Positions 62,245 to 64,000 of a stretch of DNA of 64,000 nucleotides are shown here, piece after piece (the first letter of the stretch is position 1; every line of letters starts with the position of its first letter). The position numbers were made by a program, and so were the translations under genes. The DNA is from the human T2T-CHM13v2.0 reference genome, Homo sapiens: assembly GCF_009914755.1 (NCBI RefSeq), contig NC_060928.1; one strand, 5' to 3'. The notes below the pieces were generated by a model, which saw only the letters and a list, made by a program, of their open reading frames with translations, had not been told where the DNA came from and searched no databases.

Positions 62245-63060
62245 AATACACGCACACATCAACATACAACAAAACATACACATATCCCAACACAAACACA
62301 TACACATCAATAAGCTCACCACACAGCAACACACACACACCCCAATACACATACCCCAAACACACACACACCCCAATATACACACACCCCAACACACACG
62401 TCAACAAGCACACACCAACACACATATCAACACACACACACCAACATACACATCAACACATACACTAAAACACACACCAACATACACATCAACACATACA
62501 CTAACACACACACCAACATACACACACCAACACACACACATCAACACACACATCAACACATACAACACACACCAACACATACACATATCAACAAACACAC
62601 ACCAACACACATACACACACAGTAAGCACACCACATAGCAAGACACACACATATCCCAACACACACACCCCAACACATACACACATCAAAAAACACACAT
62701 CAACACACATCAATGCCACACATCAATACGTACACTAACACACACCAACATACACACACACCAACACACACACAACACATACAACACACACACCAACACA
62801 TACACATATCAACAAACACACACCAACACACACACCCTAACACACATACTCCAACAGTCACACCAACACATACAGCACACATACATCAATAAACACATCA
62901 ATACACACACCCCAACATACATGCCCCACCATACAAACACATCAACGCATACAACACACACATCCTAAACACACACATCAACACATACATGAACACACAC
63001 ATATCAACACACACACCCCCAAAGAGATACACACCAACACACACCCCCCAACACGCACGG
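62245..63060 (+). repeat. CA-rich compound low-complexity repeat (~800 bp)
   Basis: acacacaccaacatacacatcaacac.. read directly, almost no G. Confidence 0.95.
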
Positions 63061-63990
63061 CCCGCACACTCCCTCGGGCGCCTTCCTGCACCCTGTACTT
63101 CGCAGTGACAACCCCGCCTCCGCATGGCTGCCCTGGTGGATTTCTCATGGCACTCGCCCCCAGTCGGGGTCTAGTTAACAGACTGACTCTGTCTGTCTGG
63201 GTCGGCCGCTCAGTGTGAGCCTCAAGAGTCACTGTCCGCTTGCCCACTGCTGCGACCCCAGGGGCCGGCCCAGTGCTGGCCACAGCGGGCACTCAACACT
63301 GTTGGCCCAGTGAGTAAACAACGCTCCTGGCTCCTGCCCCAGCTGCCTGACAAAGTGACCCTGCCACAGTCCACAAGGAGGTGGCGCAGGAAGGGGGCCT
63401 CACCCATCGGCCTGGGAGACAGGGGCGGCAATGGGGGCTGGTGGGGTGGGGCCAGGGCCCAGGCGGCAGGAGCCAGGGTCGGGGGCCCAGGGGCCAGAGC
63501 AGGGGAGGGACCGGATCCCAGCACGGTGGGGTCGGCTTCCCGCTGTCAGGCTGGCGCTGTGTCGGGCGCCTGTGACCCACAGCCCACGTCCCCAAGCTCA
63601 CCGGCGCTGCTGCCCGGCTGTGAGAACGGGCTTCTTACCGGAAACTTCCATCAGCTGAGGTGGCCTCAACGTGTCCGCCTCACGCATCCTGAGAGAGGTG
63701 ACTAACACAGGTCATTTCAAAAAAGGTCTTCTTTCTATTTTACTTCTATAATCAGAAAAAAAAACTAAAGTTGAGGAATCAAAGAGCCTTGGTGCATGCA
63801 CGCCGCCACACACCACATGCAACGCGAGCACCGCCACCCACGGCCGCCCTGGCCGCCGCCCGGCACAGCTCCAGCCAGCCCTGGGCCAGGGTTGGAAATG
63901 CCTCCCTCCTCCCGGCTGCAGGAGCCGCCTGAGCCTCAGCTTCCAAATCTGTGAAATGGGGACGACACACCACCTTCCCCTCGGGCTATT
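63050..63990. promoter_or_regulatory. CpG-enriched GC-rich segment with G-quadruplex motif
   Basis: Clusters such as gcaccgccacccacggccgccctggccgccgcccggc; G-runs at 63422-63456. Confidence 0.35.
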
Positions 63991-64000
63991 TTGGCCCCAA

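Noticed and set aside
62159-62882. His/Thr- and Cys/Val-rich ORFs
   Set aside because: Translations of the CA-rich low-complexity tract

Overview
Primate (very probably human) non-coding genomic DNA, identified from its AluJ/S/Y, MIR, L2, L1M, MaLR (MLT1/MST) and ERV LTR content. No protein-coding exon could be supported: the long ORFs fall in repeats, low-complexity DNA or GC-rich background. The window is GC-rich with an AT-rich block of old antisense L1 (~6.5-15.8 kb). Main points: (1) a ~3.4 kb strictly in-phase (GGT/GAT)n array at 37.7-41.1 kb with higher-order cassettes, bracketed by a duplicated 46-nt motif; (2) an intact solo LTR7 (HERV-H) with a 5-bp TSD; (3) a likely orphan retroposed mRNA 3' end (AATAAA + A14) interrupting an L2; (4) a non-repeat segment with an RFX X-box next to PBX-HOX composite sites (candidate enhancer); (5) a four-level TE nest (L1 > MER57-like > MER4-group LTR > Alus). 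Repeat subfamily names come from recalled consensus sequences and need RepeatMasker/Dfam confirmation. I found no evidence for a novel multi-gene biological system.
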